Source: Microthyrium microscopicum
Taxonomy: Eukaryota
Direction: 5' to 3'
Length of the DNA stretch: 64,000 nucleotides
Assembly (NCBI GenBank): GCA_010405405.1
Contig: MU004231.1
Location: 4,018,884 to 4,082,883 of the forward strand
Shown here: positions 1-13,058 of the stretch, in pieces
How the letters are laid out: each line of letters begins with the position of its first letter
Position numbering within the stretch: the stretch's first letter is position 1
Position numbers and translations under genes: made by a program
The notes under the pieces: generated by a model
Databases searched by the model: none
What the model was told of the DNA's origin: nothing
What the model saw: only the letters and a program-made list of their open reading frames with translations

Positions 1-40
1 TGATCGACGGGAATCGGAAAATATATACTAAAATCTCCAG

Positions 41-1170
41 GTGACGGTGTAACAGACGATACTAAAGCTTTCCAATCCGTTCTTGATCGGTTCTCCAATT
101 CCAACAAGGTTATATTTATCGATACTGGGAGCTACATACTGACAGATACTATCAAAATACCACCGGGGACACGAATTGTCGGTGAATTATGGCCACAAAT
201 GATTGCTTCAGGGGTAAAGTTCAATTCAGAACTGACCCCCAAGCCGTTATTTCAGGTTGGCCAACCTGGTCAGAAAGGCGTGGTGGAGTTGCAAGACCTC
301 ATTTTCTCTAGCAAAGGTCCAACAGCCGGATTGATTCATGTTGAATGGAACATCGAAGCCTCATCTCCAGGAGCCGCTGGAATGTGGGACTGTCATGTTC
401 AAGCCGGCGGAAGCGATGCTTCACAATTGACATCTAGACAGTGCCCTGAATCTATCTCTGGAAAAGCTGATCCCAGATGTAAAGCAGGATCTCTCATGTT
501 TCATCTAACACCATCTGGATCAGTCTATCTAGAAAACGTTTGGCTTTGGGTGTCGGATCATGATCTTGACGATGCAGATCTGAATGATCCAAACAACCCC
601 ATGCCCAAGACCAACGTTTTCGTAGCTCGTGGTCTGCTAGTGGAAAGCAACAAACCATCTTGGTTCTATGGCACTGCATCAGAGCATTCTGTATTCTACC
701 AGTACTCTTTTCAGAACGCCCACAACGTACATGCTGGCATGATTCAGACAGAATCACCGTATTACCAACCTTTTCCACGTGCGCCTGCCCCGTTCCAATC
801 TACAGTTGGTAACTTTCCAGGGGACCCAAACTATGCTGACTGCGTGAGGCAGCAAAACAAAGCCGGTTGCGACTCTTCATGGGCAGTGAGAATCTCGAAT
901 TCATCAGATATATCATTTGCAGGAGCTGGCCTTTACAGCTTTTTCAATGGGTATTCAGAGACGTGTATCGATAGCCGGACATGCCAGAGATCGCTTGTAT
1001 CACTGGAAAATAATGGAGCCGGAATCCAATTTCTGAATTTAATCACTATAGGAGCAAAGTCGATGATCACAACGCCTCATGGAGAAGTGTCTGCGGACGA
1101 AAATGGCTCAGCAATGCATCATCCCCTCTGGAGTCATATATCAGTTTACAGGCCAAGGCCAGACAGGTAG
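41..1170 (+). CDS. GH55 exo-beta-1,3-glucanase (pectate-lyase-fold), 3' part; gene starts before the window
   Basis: After an acceptor ctccag at 40 the frame reads (G)DGVTDDT...IVGELWPQM. It also has the GH55 motifs GMWDCH, YLENVWLWVSDHDLD, YGTASEHSVFYQY and MIQTESPYYQP. Confidence 0.9.
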
Positions 1171-1605
1171 ACTACTGTATCATAGACATGCTCATACAAA
1201 CTGTAATTGGTATCCTATTAGGAAATCATGATTCAAGATTTCCCAATCTACTACAATTGATTCATACAAGAAAGATGGCGCTGTGGGAGTCACCAACAAC
1301 ACTGAATGCACAATGTGACTTATCCATCTACGTTATACCCCCATCTACGTATCATCTCATGATTTACGTGAGCCGCATTGCCTATACTCGGCAGTCTCGA
1401 TGTCGAAGTGAGGAGCTAGGGTCTTTATGTGTTCCATTCTTAGTGTATTAAGTTCTTCCCTATATTAAAACCTATCCGTATATGAGCTTTTAACACACAG
1501 CTATATACTGCCGTCCGGAATTTTCAAGATCAAGATTTCTAATACGCCTCAAGTTCTTTCCTCAACAGCATCGTGATCTTGTTCTACCCATCAGCACCAC
1601 TCAAT

Positions 1606-2198
1606 ATGACAGTCTCCAAAGCTCTCGTACAATGGCTCGTGAGCATCCTATTCATACCAGCCATTTTTGCCCAAGGATTCAATCTCACAGCCCTAACGGC
1701 AGTGAGCGGCGTATCGGTATTCCAGTGCTGGCAATTAAAGGATTCTCCAGGCAAACTGAATGCGAACGGAATTGTCCAATGGCCGATTGGTAACGCTGCC
1801 AACATGGACATGTCATTCATGCCAAAGAATTTGGTGATTAGCGCTAGTAAACCCAAGGTTCCGATGTAATAGTGACTTCTACCATTTGCCGAGCTCTGCT
1901 GATGAACACTTCTAGACTCTCATTTATGCTGTCTGGGCTACTGCACGTAACCATAGCAAACACAACAACGGATGTGTATATCAGAGGGGGAAAATATGGA
2001 ACTGTTTTTGTGGCAGATACTGCTGAGGTTTCCAAAACAGGACATTACTCATTTTTCCCGGAGGACTCTATCATGGTACGACTGCCGACAACTGATGGGA
2101 AGATACCAGAGCACAAGATTTTATATGACGGGCCTTGCAAGGACGAGCATATTGCAGGTATCGGCACTGACATGGCCAAAATGACAATACACGGATAG
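1606..2198 (+). CDS. Small secreted protein (cupin-like fungal family), 2 exons
   Basis: Hydrophobic signal-like N-terminus from ATG 1606. Intron 1866-1915 (gtaata...ctgat...ctag) joins two ORFs in frame. Motifs FQCWQL, LSGLLHVT, GGKYG.VFVADT, GH. Confidence 0.75.
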
Positions 2199-3582
2199 TC
2201 AAATGATAGCAGACTTTCGAGGAACTTTGGAAAGCTTCAATCCAGACCATAACTAATTAATCTGTCTTAGATACAAATTTGGACTTTGCTTTCACTACTG
2301 TGGGTTTGAACGTCAGCTAAACATGCTATGCTGTGACTCGCACAGAGATCTTGCTCATCTGATGGGATGGGCCTCCTTTCGTGAGAATACACCTTCATAT
2401 CTCAAGTCAAATCCATTGCTAGACTCATCAGAAGAACTTCCCAACGTTTAGACATGTCAAAGATACCCGGTAGTACCCAATGCAAATTTCGAGCTGCAGC
2501 ACAATCAGCTCACGACTAGAAAGTATTTGGACTTCAAACGTTTCCAGTCTAGCTTTCATGATTTGAGTATCTTGCGGTCTATATGTACGGAGACCTCTTT
2601 CTATGAGCAGCACTAAGTGATCAGACTGACCCAAGTAGAAGAGAGTTTAGTGTGGCATAAAGAATCGCTCTTTAGCAAAATGTTTCTTGTCGTCGTCGTA
2701 GAACTTGACCAGTACGAGATGGAGCAACATATAGGGTTAACACGAAGCTTCCAAGGCCCAATGTATAGTATTTTGTGGTGCTGACCAGCAAGGTAATAAT
2801 GGGAAGATTAAGAAACAAGCCTTGGATATGGCGACGAACCAGATAGGTAGAGATTTGTTTCATATGTCTACTTGCTTCATATTTCAATAGTAGGGGCATT
2901 TGTTTACCCGGTATCAGATACGGTCACACAGTTGTACGACCAGAGTAGTCGGTAAATTTGTCCATGTCGGTACATCCGAGAGCGAAGAACTGAGTTAACT
3001 TAGAGTTTGTCTATCTTAGGGCGGGTAAAAGCTCCATACTTAAGAAACCCAGATGTACCTAGAAAAAGTTCGTATTGCTAATCCCTTATGCCATTTCCTC
3101 ATGATCAATTATCTAGCAGCTGTAGCAGCTACCAACCAGCGATCCCTGTGGGATATAAACTCGGTTGGCACTTGCCATCTGTGTGGGGAAGCAGTTTTCC
3201 CCTGACGGAGGTCTTAATTGGGCGGGATAATACATTTCAGTGGCCTTCAGGCGCAGAAAAAGATCCATTTTAGTCCGATAAGCCGAAGTTCCATTGTTGG
3301 TTATCTCTTCATCTACTTCTAGCGGAGCGGAGTAGAAATACTCACAGAATTGGTATGCTTACCGTCAGCCAACTCGTATTGTTTGTTTGACAGTAAGGGG
3401 CACGTCCACGGAGCTGAATCGCTCCTATCATGAATAGATGGCCAAGGTGCTAGGGTTGCATACCTTACGCATTACATTTGACATAGTAAACAGAGCATTC
3501 AAAAGGACTCCAATTCGCTTTTCTTATCTGATGTTCGCAAAGTAGATCCCATCAACAGGAATCAACTTCCTTCGCATTCATC

Positions 3583-6424
3583 ATGGGCTCAGTACCGGTC
3601 AATCGGGTCCAAGAGGTGGCGCAACCCTTGAGAATTCTCATTGTAGGAGCTGGAATAGGGGGATTAACAGCAGCACTGGCGCTTCGACAACAAGGCCATG
3701 AAATAACTTTATTCGAAAAAACCGAGGATGCAAAGGAGGTCGGAGCTGCGATGCATCTTGTGCCAAATTGCAACGGCCTTCTACGAAGATTAGGCATCAG
3801 ACCTGAGACCTTTGGTGCCAACCTCCAGGAAGTGATGACAGAATATTCATACACTGGAGAACTACGTTTCAGTGTGCCACTTCGTGAAGCAAACAAGAGA
3901 TGGGCGTACCCTTGGCAGCTCTGCCATCGATACGGATTACACGAGGCTTTGAAGAGCGCAGTATTGAGCAAAGAGGGCGACGGACCACCAGCCGTCCTCA
4001 AAGTATCCAGCCGAGTCGTGAGTGCTGACGCCAAATTTGCTTCAATAACACTCGAGAATGGCCAGTCATTTTCTGGAGATCTAGTGCTAGGTGCAGATGG
4101 AGTCGGGGTAAGTATAGAATGTAGCCTCAATCATGTTTTCTGACGGGCATGCAGTCTACGATGAGGAAGATGACACCAGAGTGGCAGGACTTCAAGCTAT
4201 TCGATAGTGGAAAAAGCGCATTCCGATTTCTCTTGCCACGCCAACAGCTTTTGGACAATCCACTCACCAGCAAATATGTGGAAACGGATGGTAATTTTGT
4301 TGGGTGGGCGGCAAACGACCGTCGAATTGTCTCCTATCCATGCATGAACAATACCGTTATGAACTATGTCTGCATTCATCCAAGCAATCTTTCTCAGACG
4401 TACCACGACCGTGGTAACGGTAAATTAGATTACGATATTGATCATTGGAAAGATGCTGACTTTGGTTAGAATATAACCAGAAAGGCACAAAAGAGACATT
4501 GTTAGATATCTACGATAGCTTTGAGCCTGGAGCTAAGGCAGTCCTAGAGATGGTCAACGGTGACGATCTCAGAGTTTGGCCGTTACTAGATATGGCAACG
4601 CTTCCTACTTGGGTTAGTGGTCGTTTAGCTCTGCTAGGAGACGCTGCTCATCCATTTCTACCTCGTAAGGGTCCCGTAAGCGCACAAGCCATGCTCCACT
4701 GACGAGATTACAGATCAGGGCCAGGGCGGTGCTGTGGCGATAGAAGACGCTATCTCGGTGGCAGCTCTACTGCCATCAGGAACTACGAGAGCAGATATCA
4801 CAGAGAGACTGAAGTTATATGAGACCTGCAGGCAAGACAGAGCTCACAAGATTCAGGATTACACCCGAATCATGGGAACAAATCTTGACGATCAAGCAAG
4901 AAAGAAGTTAAATAGTGAGTATTGTTTTTTGAGACGGGAGGATAGAATTAATGATCTACAGTGGAAAAGTTTTCTGGCTTCAATTTTGGGCACGATGAAT
5001 GGCATCACTCCAAGAATGAACTTAAGAAGTATCTCCAAGCAAAGAACCAAGCTCTTATCTTACGACAGCCAATTGGATTTGGCGCCATACCCAGCTATAA
5101 GCAGAATGTGTATGGACCTTCACTACCTGGGGTCGACTCAAGCTTTACGAGGTTTTCTATTCGCTTTACATCAGCTCGAACTTATCTACAGACGCTATTC
5201 CCCTCATCGTCTTTCAGCTTTGTCTCTCCAGGGACTGTAGCTGAAGCATCCTTTCAAAACACAACACTTGATGGGATGAGCTCATTTGGAGGAGGCGAGG
5301 AAGATTCATTTGGCCTCTGGATACATGGTGTACAATACACTAGGAGTGACGGCACCCAAATTAATGGAACATTTCTGGCAGCGCTTTTCGAGTCACAAGC
5401 TGACTCGATATCCATGGGTAAAGAACTTGGTATGCCAAAGCTCTTCAGCGACATTCATGTTCATCGAAGAAGGGAGAACTCACACATCAGCCTCAGTTGG
5501 AGAGGAGCCGAATTCATCCGAGCAAGCTGGAAGGAATTAGCAGTGGTTCAGGAGCTTTCTCTTGACAGGATAGGGGAATCACAATCGATATCGGGCAAGT
5601 CTTGGGAGGGCACTGAATTACCAAATGGAAACCCACAGCCTATGATACATCGAGGTCCACCATCATTTCTATCACAACTGAATGGAAACTTCCCACCGTC
5701 ACGAGATTTATTAGATCAATCTCCTCCATTCGCATCTGCAACCAGTCTGCCTACGAATGGACATACTTATCCACCACCTTCGATGCCCGACGGCTTGTCA
5801 TCTTTCCCTCCCAATGGCGTCCTACCTTTGACCCCCAACAGTACTCCCCCATTTGCGCCTAAAGGTACTTCTCCGGCCCGGCTTAATGGTCCTCCACGCT
5901 TCGCTATCAATGGACCTCCGCCATGGGTACAGAACGGTCACAACCTACCCACACCCAACGGAACTCCCCCATTTCCTTCAAACGGCTCTCCATTCCGACC
6001 ACCATTCCGACCATCATTCAACGCACCACTAAGCGGCGAAGCCCATCCACCAGGTCCCATCCGCGGCCCACCTCAATTCCAAGCAAACCCACCACCAGAA
6101 GCTGGCATATTCATGTACCACTATGTGCCTTCTGTCGGCGGACAACGCGGAGCTGTAGATGCCGAATACGCAGTCTTTGTGCCCAAGCCAAGCAAGCCGG
6201 AGATCATACTTGAGCGACGTGTAGCTAAGACCGCAGACGTCAAAGTTCAGCCGAGAGATTGGGAGACGCTACCGACACTGCACCATGTGGCGCAGGGACT
6301 GGCTGACATACCGATATTTGAAGTGCTGAAGGCGGAGATAGTCAAGGGCCGGGGAGTTGAGGACTGGGGGCGCGCGGAACGGATCGAAGGAGGTGTTGAT
6401 TCAAAAATCCAAAAACGAGTTTGA
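3583..6424 (+). CDS. FAD-dependent monooxygenase (salicylate-hydroxylase-like) fused to a C-terminal acetoacetate-decarboxylase-like domain
   Basis: FAD motifs GAGIGG, GADG and GDAAHP...QGQGG. Four introns at about 4108-4154, 4420-4470, 4664-4713 and 4915-4961. The C-terminal ELGMPK and YVPSVG...DAEYAVF resemble the ADC fold. Confidence 0.85.
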
Positions 6425-7046
6425 TGGATTTGGGTAGTTTGGCTGGAAATAGCCTTGTGTCATGATTAGTATGTACATATTGTTAGAAAGCATCCAGTGC
6501 AGTTTTAGTATAGACTTTGAGAACTGTCAGGTAGCAGCTGGGAACCGAGACCGCAGGATAGTTTGTAGATTCATGTAATAAACAGTCTACATAAGGCAAC
6601 ACGCATACAGTATTGCCCGTATAACAATGATCCGCTCTTGTTTTTCAAACACCTTTCTTTTCAACAGTTCTTCCATTTGTCGTCAATTCTATCTTTCATT
6701 GCAAACTCAGTGTGCGGCATGCCAGCCAGATTGAGCAGCAGTCCGTATAGTTTGTGTTACTAGCGGCAAATAGCGAACACACAGGAGAGACTCGGGCGAC
6801 TGAGGCGCGTATTTATGTCTGATGGAGGAGTCTAGACCGCAGTACAGGAAGTGGCTACAGTTTGGCCATATGGAGGTATTGCAAATGAGTCTTTTTGCGC
6901 AGGCAATGGACCACGCCACCATGACAATTTGCTGTTTCGTGGAGAAGCGTTTCATTATCCTTCGAATGCGCCGGCGAAGACATACTACCAAGACTTGCAC
7001 TGTCAATTCGAAGAGAAGTCATTCCATTCTCTGAGGAAGAGAATAC

Positions 7047-10000
7047 TTAGTCTCGAGTAGCTCGAGTTCGGCCACCACGCCCTCTAGACACACCTCCGCG
7101 ATCGCCACGATCGCCACGATCACCGCGCGCACCACGCTGCCCTCCACGTCCTCCTCGTGCATTGAAATTCGCGGGTGGTGGCATAGCATTGTAAGACTGA
7201 GCCGGCACGAAGTTTGAATTAGGCCCGCCATTCTGGCCACTGCCATCTAAAATAGCAGGGCCGTTGCTATTTGCCGGTGTGTTGCTCATGCCTCCGCGAC
7301 CACCTCGGCCGCCTCGGGGTGAAACAAAATAGCTACGAGGCACGGAACCCCCTCGTCCTCCACGTGATTGTGTCAAGTTGTCACCGACACCATTGCCAAT
7401 AGATGGAGCGAAGCCGAGTCCACCGCGACCACGTCCACGGCCGGGTGAGAAGTTGGCGCGTCCGTTCTGGAAGTTTCCATTGTTTCCAGCGACAGCTGAA
7501 CGGAAAGAGCCAGCCAATGGACCAGGGGCCGGAGCAGGAACAGAGGATCCATATGAGCCAATCGGATTACCATATCCTCGTCCGTAGGAACCTGGTTGAT
7601 ATGTAGCGGCCTGTTGAGGAGGGCGACGAGCCTGAGCGGCTTTCGATTCTGCAATGATCTGGCGGTCCGTCAGGTTTAGCACACTGTTGCTCGGTACACT
7701 GGCTCCGAAGAAAGGTTCACAGCGATCACCCAGGTTGGTACCAGACATGAAGCTTGTGTCAAAGACGATGTCAAGCCAAGTCTGGCGTGATGACCGAGTG
7801 ATGCCAACCACCGTACCACGCTGGGCGATTGGAACCTTTCCTGCAGATAGAACGTAGATGACCCGATCACCGAGTGTGAATTGTTGACCGCTTATGCGCT
7901 TGTCAGCGTCGATAGGATTTAGTAAAGCGTTTCGAGGCACGCCTTTCATGGTTTTCAGCTCAACCTGGCCTTCTTGTTTGGCAAGATTCTGCGCTGCAGC
8001 CTTTTGAATAGCTTCAACGGCATCAGAGTCTAGTTGCTCTGCTTCGAGAGGAACAGTTTCGAAAGACTTGGTATGAATTGATTTTAGCCATGCCCCAATC
8101 TCTTTGATTTTGTCTTTGGCTTCATCCTTCGGATAAAAGTCGGTATCATGGTAAATGTCACCCTTTGGGTTCATAGCGATTCCGGCGATGAACTCCGGAA
8201 ACTTGACCATATACTGCTGAATCAGAGTGATTGCTTTATCACTGAACTCCCAGCCAGTTTGACTCTTTCGAGAGTATCCTAGGACCTTCATCTTCTTCGC
8301 TTCAAATTTCAGATTCAATCCAAGATTCAGTCTCAATCCGTTAGACTCCACCGACAGAGATGAGGTGATCTTACTAAGAGCAAGTGGGTGGAATTTAAGT
8401 TGACGAGCAACATGGTAAGAAGGTGTGTATCGAGTTTCGTTCAATGACTTTTGAGCCTGGTAGCGGCCAAACTCCGTGTCTTTGACCTTCAGCTGGAGAA
8501 CACTAATGGACAGCTTGCCATCAGTATAACCCTCCACCATGACAGGCCGTCCATAAGCATACTCGCCAAGGAAGAAAGCTCGCGATCCTGCCGGAAATTC
8601 CTCTTCTAAAGGCTTAGCCTCTGCCTCCAAAAAGCGAGGATCCGCGCTGAAGACCTCGTCAACAATAGTTTGGGTAGCATAGTCCGTCTCTTGGCCCGGA
8701 ACAAGGCCGTACTCCTTGGTAGTCGATCCATCATCTTGCTTGATCAATCCCTTGAGCATTTCCACATGGACAAGAGACTCAACATCGCCAATTACGACAC
8801 CCAGCTTTTTGCTGTAATTATTTTCAATCCGCTGGGAAGTTTTCGCAAAGTCCTCGATCTGTCGATTATCGTGAGGAATAGTCATGACATGCCCCTGGTC
8901 ATCCAAAGCGTAATCAAACATTTCATCCGACACCTTGTAAACCTTGGCTTCTTGCAAAAAAGGATATCCTACAAATATAGCTTTGCCTAAACGTGCCTGA
9001 GCCGCCGAAACCTTTGCCTCCGTTTGCGCATCAAGCAATGTGATAATCATGCTTTCGTTCTTTGAATCCTGTTGGAACACTGAAACTCCGTGGAAACCAT
9101 GCTGTGCAACGTATGGAAGAGTTTTCATGGACGGGAATCCTGCGAGTGCCTGTTTACCAAGCAATACTCCATCCACAAGGCCGACAAAAACCTCCAAGCC
9201 GTCCATGGTTGGAAGATCAAAGATATTTTCAATACAATGACAGTGATCCAAGTCCGGAAAGTAGCCTGGAAGCGAAGAAGGATAAATGAAGTCCTGATCA
9301 TCGCTGTGTGTAAATTTAAAGGTTACACCATGAGTATTGCGCGCCGCTTCATCTTCAGTAAGAAGTTGATCTTTAGTGGCCATTGCAGCCAAAAGTCGGT
9401 TTTCATCAATGAATGGAATTTTAACAATGGCCTCCCAGTCTTGTTTCTTCCCGTTCATATCCAATTCGAAGTCGCGCGGATAGAAATCGTAGATCGGTGA
9501 CTTTGGATCTGTCATCAGTTCATGATAAGCTTTGGGAACAATGCTCTTGCTTCGATCCGGGAGCACTCCCATCAGTTGCTGATAAGGAAGGAAAGGTTGC
9601 CCAAGCTTGAAATTCAAGTTGGCGCCCAAACCGTGCTTGACATCGGAGATCATCGGCGAATAGTGATAACTGTAGTACCATCCCCAAGAGGCTACGCCAT
9701 TGTAGTAGTAATAAAGCACCCATTGAAGCCCTTCCACATATTTTTCAGTTAGCTTCTTAACCTCTTCATGGTTGTTAAGGTCCCAGCCAAATTTTTCTTC
9801 GTAGTACTTGTTTTTCCATCCTTGGAACTTCTCGTCATACTTCTTTTCCATCGCCAATTGAGTTTCTTCGGGACTGACATCAACGATTTTGACATTACGA
9901 AACTGTTTCAATACTCGATGAAGTGCCATTTGAGCTTCCACATCACCTCCATCGTCCTCTTCATCGTCATCGGATGAGACAGGGAAGCTTATCTGCATGT

Positions 10001-11342
10001 GTCGATTACCCTCCTCATCTTCAACGGTCGCCCATTCAAGATGCAGTGAATCTGCCAGCTCTTCCGCGAACTTTCGGTCGCGTGCTGGCAATGATACTGG
10101 GAGATCGTAAGGTTCAAATGCTTGACCTTCAGCCTTGTTTTGAATGTATTCCTGGATGCCTCGGAAAAGGGTTTGCTGTGAGGTAGTCATGCTTGTTGGA
10201 ACTCCACGTCGTTTAGTCCGGTCTAAAACATCTTCCTTGCCTTGTTTGCCCTTGAGCCATGCAGCATCGGAATTTTCGTGCTCAAAAAACCGAAATTCAA
10301 CATGCGAAAGCTCATCTAAGAGCAGACCCAGTCGCTCAAGATTGATGACACCGCCTTCGTTGATATACCCTTTCGCTTTGGGCAGAAGAGATTTGTAGGT
10401 GTCAAACATGAGAGCCAAAGCACCCTCGTTAATGTGTAAGTGTGGTAGATTCGGCAAGAAATCATTGCCTACAAAGAAGGCCATGAGAATAAAATCGTCG
10501 ATAACGCGTTCCATGTCGAAGGGAAAATTCAATGCGCCCGGTTCTTTTAGTTCCTGAAACTCCAATTCCAAATATTCCCGAACCATGCATAGATGCATTA
10601 GATAAAAGTTCTGATGCTCTAGTTCCTTGGATTTGGTCTTGTTTTGCCGGCCAAAGGTTACTTCTTCTCGCAACAAAGAAAAATGAGGGTCGTGGCTCAA
10701 CAGGCCAAGCATGATCAAGTCTGCGTCGAGTCCGTATAAGCAGTGCCGCATATTCGGGTCGTAGTTCGCCTGTGCTTTAGCTTGGCGAATGTATTCATTG
10801 ATCTTGTGTTCTCCTTCACCAGGAACATCATGACCGGAGAGAACGATTTCAATTCCTTGCCAATCGATATCCTCGGAAACCTTTTTGTTGACAAAATATC
10901 GCAAGTGTTTTGACAACTTGGCCATGAACTCTGTACCAGGCGTGATACAATTCGAGTCGAAAGGTGGTTCCTTGGGCATTTCTACGCCGTCCTTAATGGC
11001 CTTTTCGCGCGCTTTTTCAGCGTCGAGGGCGGTTCGAAAACGACGGGAACGCTGTTGGTTCATTTTGGCACGAGGCGCAACGCCATCGACAGCCATGAAG
11101 AATAACTTTTGAGGTTTAATCTTGCTGAACAGGTGTTCTATGTAATTGAATATGGCTATGATCATCTTGTCTTCGGTCATTCGAAAGGAAGGCGAGTCAT
11201 TGTCATTGTGGGTGCAGTTATGAATGATGCTGTTCATATCCAAGTATAGGCAATCGAACTCGGGGATACGGTTGTCAGCGATCAACTGCGAGATGGAGGG
11301 ATATCGCTCCGACATCCATCGGAAGAACTTTGGGATACCCAT
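7047..11342 (-). CDS. XRN1: 5'-3' exoribonuclease 1
   Basis: MGIPKFFRW start, DGVAPRAKMNQQRSRRF, PGEGEHKI, YGLDADLIML and VGNDFLP. Single 1431-aa ORF with an RGG-rich tail. Confidence 0.97.
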   Translation of the reverse strand: MGIPKFFRWMSERYPSISQLIADNRIPEFDCLYLDMNSIIHNCTHNDNDSPSFRMTEDKMIIAIFNYIEHLFSKIKPQKLFFMAVDGVAPRAKMNQQRSRRFRTALDAEKAREKAIKDGVEMPKEPPFDSNCITPGTEFMAKLSKHLRYFVNKKVSEDIDWQGIEIVLSGHDVPGEGEHKINEYIRQAKAQANYDPNMRHCLYGLDADLIMLGLLSHDPHFSLLREEVTFGRQNKTKSKELEHQNFYLMHLCMVREYLELEFQELKEPGALNFPFDMERVIDDFILMAFFVGNDFLPNLPHLHINEGALALMFDTYKSLLPKAKGYINEGGVINLERLGLLLDELSHVEFRFFEHENSDAAWLKGKQGKEDVLDRTKRRGVPTSMTTSQQTLFRGIQEYIQNKAEGQAFEPYDLPVSLPARDRKFAEELADSLHLEWATVEDEEGNRHMQISFPVSSDDDEEDDGGDVEAQMALHRVLKQFRNVKIVDVSPEETQLAMEKKYDEKFQGWKNKYYEEKFGWDLNNHEEVKKLTEKYVEGLQWVLYYYYNGVASWGWYYSYHYSPMISDVKHGLGANLNFKLGQPFLPYQQLMGVLPDRSKSIVPKAYHELMTDPKSPIYDFYPRDFELDMNGKKQDWEAIVKIPFIDENRLLAAMATKDQLLTEDEAARNTHGVTFKFTHSDDQDFIYPSSLPGYFPDLDHCHCIENIFDLPTMDGLEVFVGLVDGVLLGKQALAGFPSMKTLPYVAQHGFHGVSVFQQDSKNESMIITLLDAQTEAKVSAAQARLGKAIFVGYPFLQEAKVYKVSDEMFDYALDDQGHVMTIPHDNRQIEDFAKTSQRIENNYSKKLGVVIGDVESLVHVEMLKGLIKQDDGSTTKEYGLVPGQETDYATQTIVDEVFSADPRFLEAEAKPLEEEFPAGSRAFFLGEYAYGRPVMVEGYTDGKLSISVLQLKVKDTEFGRYQAQKSLNETRYTPSYHVARQLKFHPLALSKITSSLSVESNGLRLNLGLNLKFEAKKMKVLGYSRKSQTGWEFSDKAITLIQQYMVKFPEFIAGIAMNPKGDIYHDTDFYPKDEAKDKIKEIGAWLKSIHTKSFETVPLEAEQLDSDAVEAIQKAAAQNLAKQEGQVELKTMKGVPRNALLNPIDADKRISGQQFTLGDRVIYVLSAGKVPIAQRGTVVGITRSSRQTWLDIVFDTSFMSGTNLGDRCEPFFGASVPSNSVLNLTDRQIIAESKAAQARRPPQQAATYQPGSYGRGYGNPIGSYGSSVPAPAPGPLAGSFRSAVAGNNGNFQNGRANFSPGRGRGRGGLGFAPSIGNGVGDNLTQSRGGRGGSVPRSYFVSPRGGRGGRGGMSNTPANSNGPAILDGSGQNGGPNSNFVPAQSYNAMPPPANFNARGGRGGQRGARGDRGDRGDRGGVSRGRGGRTRATRD

Positions 11343-11773
11343 GATTGCTGATGTGCCAATGGAAACCTCAACGCTGTTATGACTTCAATAGCTGACGTGC
11401 AAACAATGTGGGGTGGCGATGCGGGGATCGTGAAGAGAGATTTCGCTGGTTCCAACTTGAAGGAAGAAAAGAAATAGAAACAGGTCAGACGCCTTAATAG
11501 GCGTGTAGCGCCTTAAGAGGGCCGGAAAGCAAACAATGGAGATTCTGGACGCGATGGTCTTCGAAGAAAGGAAGGTGTTGAAGGCGAGGCGCGGAAGCTC
11601 GAGTGTTGGGACTGGGTGGTGTGAGGATCCGAGCTAGGGTTATTCGCCAGTAGACCTAAACATTTTTGTCTTTGAGATACCAGGTACGCCTGTCTGTCTT
11701 TGATCTTCTTTGAAGCAGCACCAGTCCTCTATTACTGCTTAACTCAACAAGTCGCAACACCTGAACGGGGAGG

Positions 11774-12635
11774 ATGGTGGTCTGTCAAAGGCTAGGAGCT
11801 CAATTGGGCGCAATTAGTCTTCCAACACGATCCAGGTGCATTGCGCAAACACCACTTCAGTCCCACGTCTTTGCCTTTCGACCAGCAATCAACATCACAT
11901 CAATACCCGTGCGACACGCCTCTCACGCGGAGCAAGGAAGGGCCAACGGTGTCAAAGATGGAGCAGGAAGACGTTTAGGTGCCAAAAAGACTGGCGGTTT
12001 GTTTGATTCAGATGCCCCTGTGCGAACGATGGTATCTAACTCTCTCAGGGGAATTTGTAGTGCCCGGAAACATCATATTTCGCCAGCGCGGCACGTTATG
12101 GCATCCCGGCGAGAATGTCGGACTTGGCAGAGACCATACAATCTTTGCTACGGAAAAGGGCTACGTCCGCTACTATCGCGATCCCGCTCGTCACAAAAAG
12201 CGACGATATATTGGTGTCGCCCTCGAACCACACGATACCCTCCCCGCAAACCCTTTCGCACCCCGAAGAAGGCGTTTGAATATGATTGCCGTTCCATTCA
12301 AAGCCGACAAGGTTCCTGAACCTCCCAAACCGCTCGAGCCCATAGGGAGAACACCAGAAGGGAAGATTTTACGAATGAGAAGCAATCTTTCATTCAGGCC
12401 AGCCAATTGGGAAATCGGAAAGCTGATGGACGCTGCCGCAGAGAAAATTACTCCTTTTAAGAAGGGAGACCGATGGACAGCATGGCGGAAGAGACGCGCC
12501 AAGCTGACCAACGTCAAGGACTTGAAGGCAGCGAAGAGAGCACAGAAGATAAAGAAAGCGGCCAACAGAATCAAGGGCAAGCAGATGGCCGCTATGAAGG
12601 GCAAAGAGATCAAGGCAAATAAAGCTGCAAGATAG
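11774..12635 (+). CDS. MRP7: Mitochondrial large-subunit ribosomal protein bL27m
   Basis: Presequence-like N-terminus, then GRRLGAKK, intron 11997-12048, and [28 protein letters not shown]. Divergent from XRN1. Confidence 0.92.
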
Positions 12636-13058
12636 ACGTGTTTTGTAAGATAGTAGAGGGTCAATTGCATAGGAGCGAGCGATGTGGATTCTTGATATAC
12701 TACTCTTCAACTTTTCATAACCTTTGCAGCACCTTCTGCTTGACCAATTGACCAACCCGTGTCGCGAAGCCAGATATGCATCAGAAATGCGCTCGGAAAT
12801 AGCTTTCAGAAGTCTTGACACGACACTAACATTATCTACAGGAGCTTTAGTCCGCCCCACTATTACAGAATTTGAGTCGCCGAAGGCGCGAGATGCTTAT
12901 TATTCGCAATAATTGGCTTTCCAGGTCTTCTGAAGACAGCCACTTACGCTACAGAGTTATCCTCTCTCCAAAAAGTCGAACCCTTTACTCACTCGGCTCT
13001 AAAAATCTGACGAACCCCTACGTATGATAAGGAATTGAACTGATACATTGGTTCAATC

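Noticed and set aside
7373..11112. Many antisense or alternate-frame ORFs over XRN1 (and similarly over btgC)
   Set aside because: Shadow ORFs expected from the codon bias of long coding sequences.
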